From: Minisyncoccota bacterium
Lineage (GTDB): Bacteria > Patescibacteriota > Minisyncoccia > Phycocordibacterales > SBAW01
DNA: 64,000 nt
Reading direction: 5' to 3'
Assembly (NCBI GenBank): GCA_035549255.1
Contig: DASZRD010000005.1
Coordinates: forward strand, 58 to 64,057
Positions 63,265 to 64,000 of this stretch are shown here, one piece after another; the stretch's first letter is position 1, and each line of letters starts with the position of its first letter. The notes under the pieces were generated by a model. That model was not told the origin of the DNA. It saw only the letters and a list, made by a program, of their open reading frames with translations, and made no database searches. The translations under genes and the position numbers were made by a program.

Positions 63265-64000
63265 TATCTTCCTGCGCGCAGCCGTGTCGATCACCGTCCT
63301 ACTCTCGGGGCTCGTGATTGGGTGCGTCGTTCTCTTCTGGATCGTCCTCAACGAAACCAATACGGCGGTCGTGCATGCCATCGTCGATAACATCCAGGCG
63401 ATTGTCGCGGGCGGCAGCCCCAGTACGACCCTCACCACCTCGATCAATTCGATCCAGGGCGAGTCGGTGGGCTCCGTCTTCCTCGGGCTCGTGGTCATGG
63501 CGGTCATCTTCGGGTGGCTCTTCACGCGCTTTATGCTGGAGCCCACGCGCAATACGCTCCACTATCAGAAACTCTTCATCAGCAACGTAGCGCACGAACT
63601 GCGCACCCCGCTCTCGGTCATCAAGACATCGACCGAGGTAGCACTCATGGACGACGCGATCGCGCCCGCCATGCGCGACACACTGGGCGACATCGTGCGC
63701 CAGCTCGACCGCATCTCCGAGATCATCAACAATCTTCTCTCGCTCAACTCCTATAACCGCCCCGAGCGTATGCAGCTCCATAGCGTGCATGTGGGAGACT
63801 TGGTCGCCGCGGCCGTAGGTCGCCTCGAAGCCCTTGCGCGCGAGCGCGGGGTCGAGGTCGCCATCTCGGTCGATAGCGTCGACGTCGTCTGGGGCAACGC
63901 CACCGGCCTCGAGCAGGTCATCGGAAACCTCATCAAGAACGCGATCAGCTATACGCAGAAGGACTCGGGCGGGCGGGTCGTGGTCGAAGTGCACCCAGAC
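63182..64000 (+). CDS. sensor histidine kinase, 3' end runs past the window (start uncertain: ATG 63182 overlapping the regulator by 83 nt, or GTG 63284)
   Basis: Manual translation of the frame running to the window end: TM helices then H-box FISNVAHELRTPLSVIKTSTEVAL. Not in the ORF track because no stop codon occurs before position 64000. Confidence 0.7.
   Translation, partial: MKTITAINDYLRQFEAWATAWREKYEADIFLRAAVSITVLLSGLVIGCVVLFWIVLNETNTAVVHAIVDNIQAIVAGGSPSTTLTTSINSIQGESVGSVFLGLVVMAVIFGWLFTRFMLEPTRNTLHYQKLFISNVAHELRTPLSVIKTSTEVALMDDAIAPAMRDTLGDIVRQLDRISEIINNLLSLNSYNRPERMQLHSVHVGDLVAAAVGRLEALARERGVEVAISVDSVDVVWGNATGLEQVIGNLIKNAISYTQKDSGGRVVVEVHPD

Noticed and set aside
1-64000. CRISPR arrays, rRNA genes, transposases or integrases
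   Set aside because: No direct-repeat/spacer periodicity, no rRNA-like conserved stretches, and no DDE or tyrosine-recombinase motifs in any frame inspected. The only mobile-type element seen is the group I intron with its HNH neighbour.

Overview
High-GC (about 60%) bacterial chromosomal segment, gene-dense, with most genes lacking obvious Shine-Dalgarno sequences. The backbone is housekeeping. Minus-strand housekeeping genes: rmuC and rarA; a dcw cluster (mraZ-rsmH-ftsL-ftsI-murF) ending at tRNA-Glu(CUC); class I lysyl-tRNA synthetase, greA, PBP2 and mreBCD; proS, rseP, frr, an Nth-like glycosylase, holB-like, a second mreB and murA. Plus-strand housekeeping genes: def-fmt (with hpf on minus just downstream), uppP, and an ECF sigma factor followed by a MacAB-type efflux pump. 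Accessory content: (1) a tRNA-Asn(GUU) gene split by a 184-nt Azoarcus-like group I intron, with a free-standing HNH endonuclease gene and an AT-rich small ORF next to it; (2) a CsgG lipoprotein operon with a repeat-containing secreted protein (curli-like); (3) adjacent SET-domain and SWIB-domain genes; (4) a mannoside-phosphorolysis cluster (cupin mannose-6-phosphate isomerase, three GH130 domains, eukaryotic-type phosphomannomutase); (5) an exopolysaccharide locus with a fused NodB-deacetylase/PG-binding/GT2-synthase gene, a secreted CBM+NodB deacetylase, a structured terminator-containing leader, and a divergent 1595-aa multidomain surface protein; (6) a short (~230 nt) unit between fmt and hpf with its own consensus promoter and terminator, a candidate small RNA; (7) several strongly promoted small genes of unknown function. 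No rRNA, CRISPR array or transposase was seen. All protein calls come from reading the supplied translations for family motifs; no database search was run.
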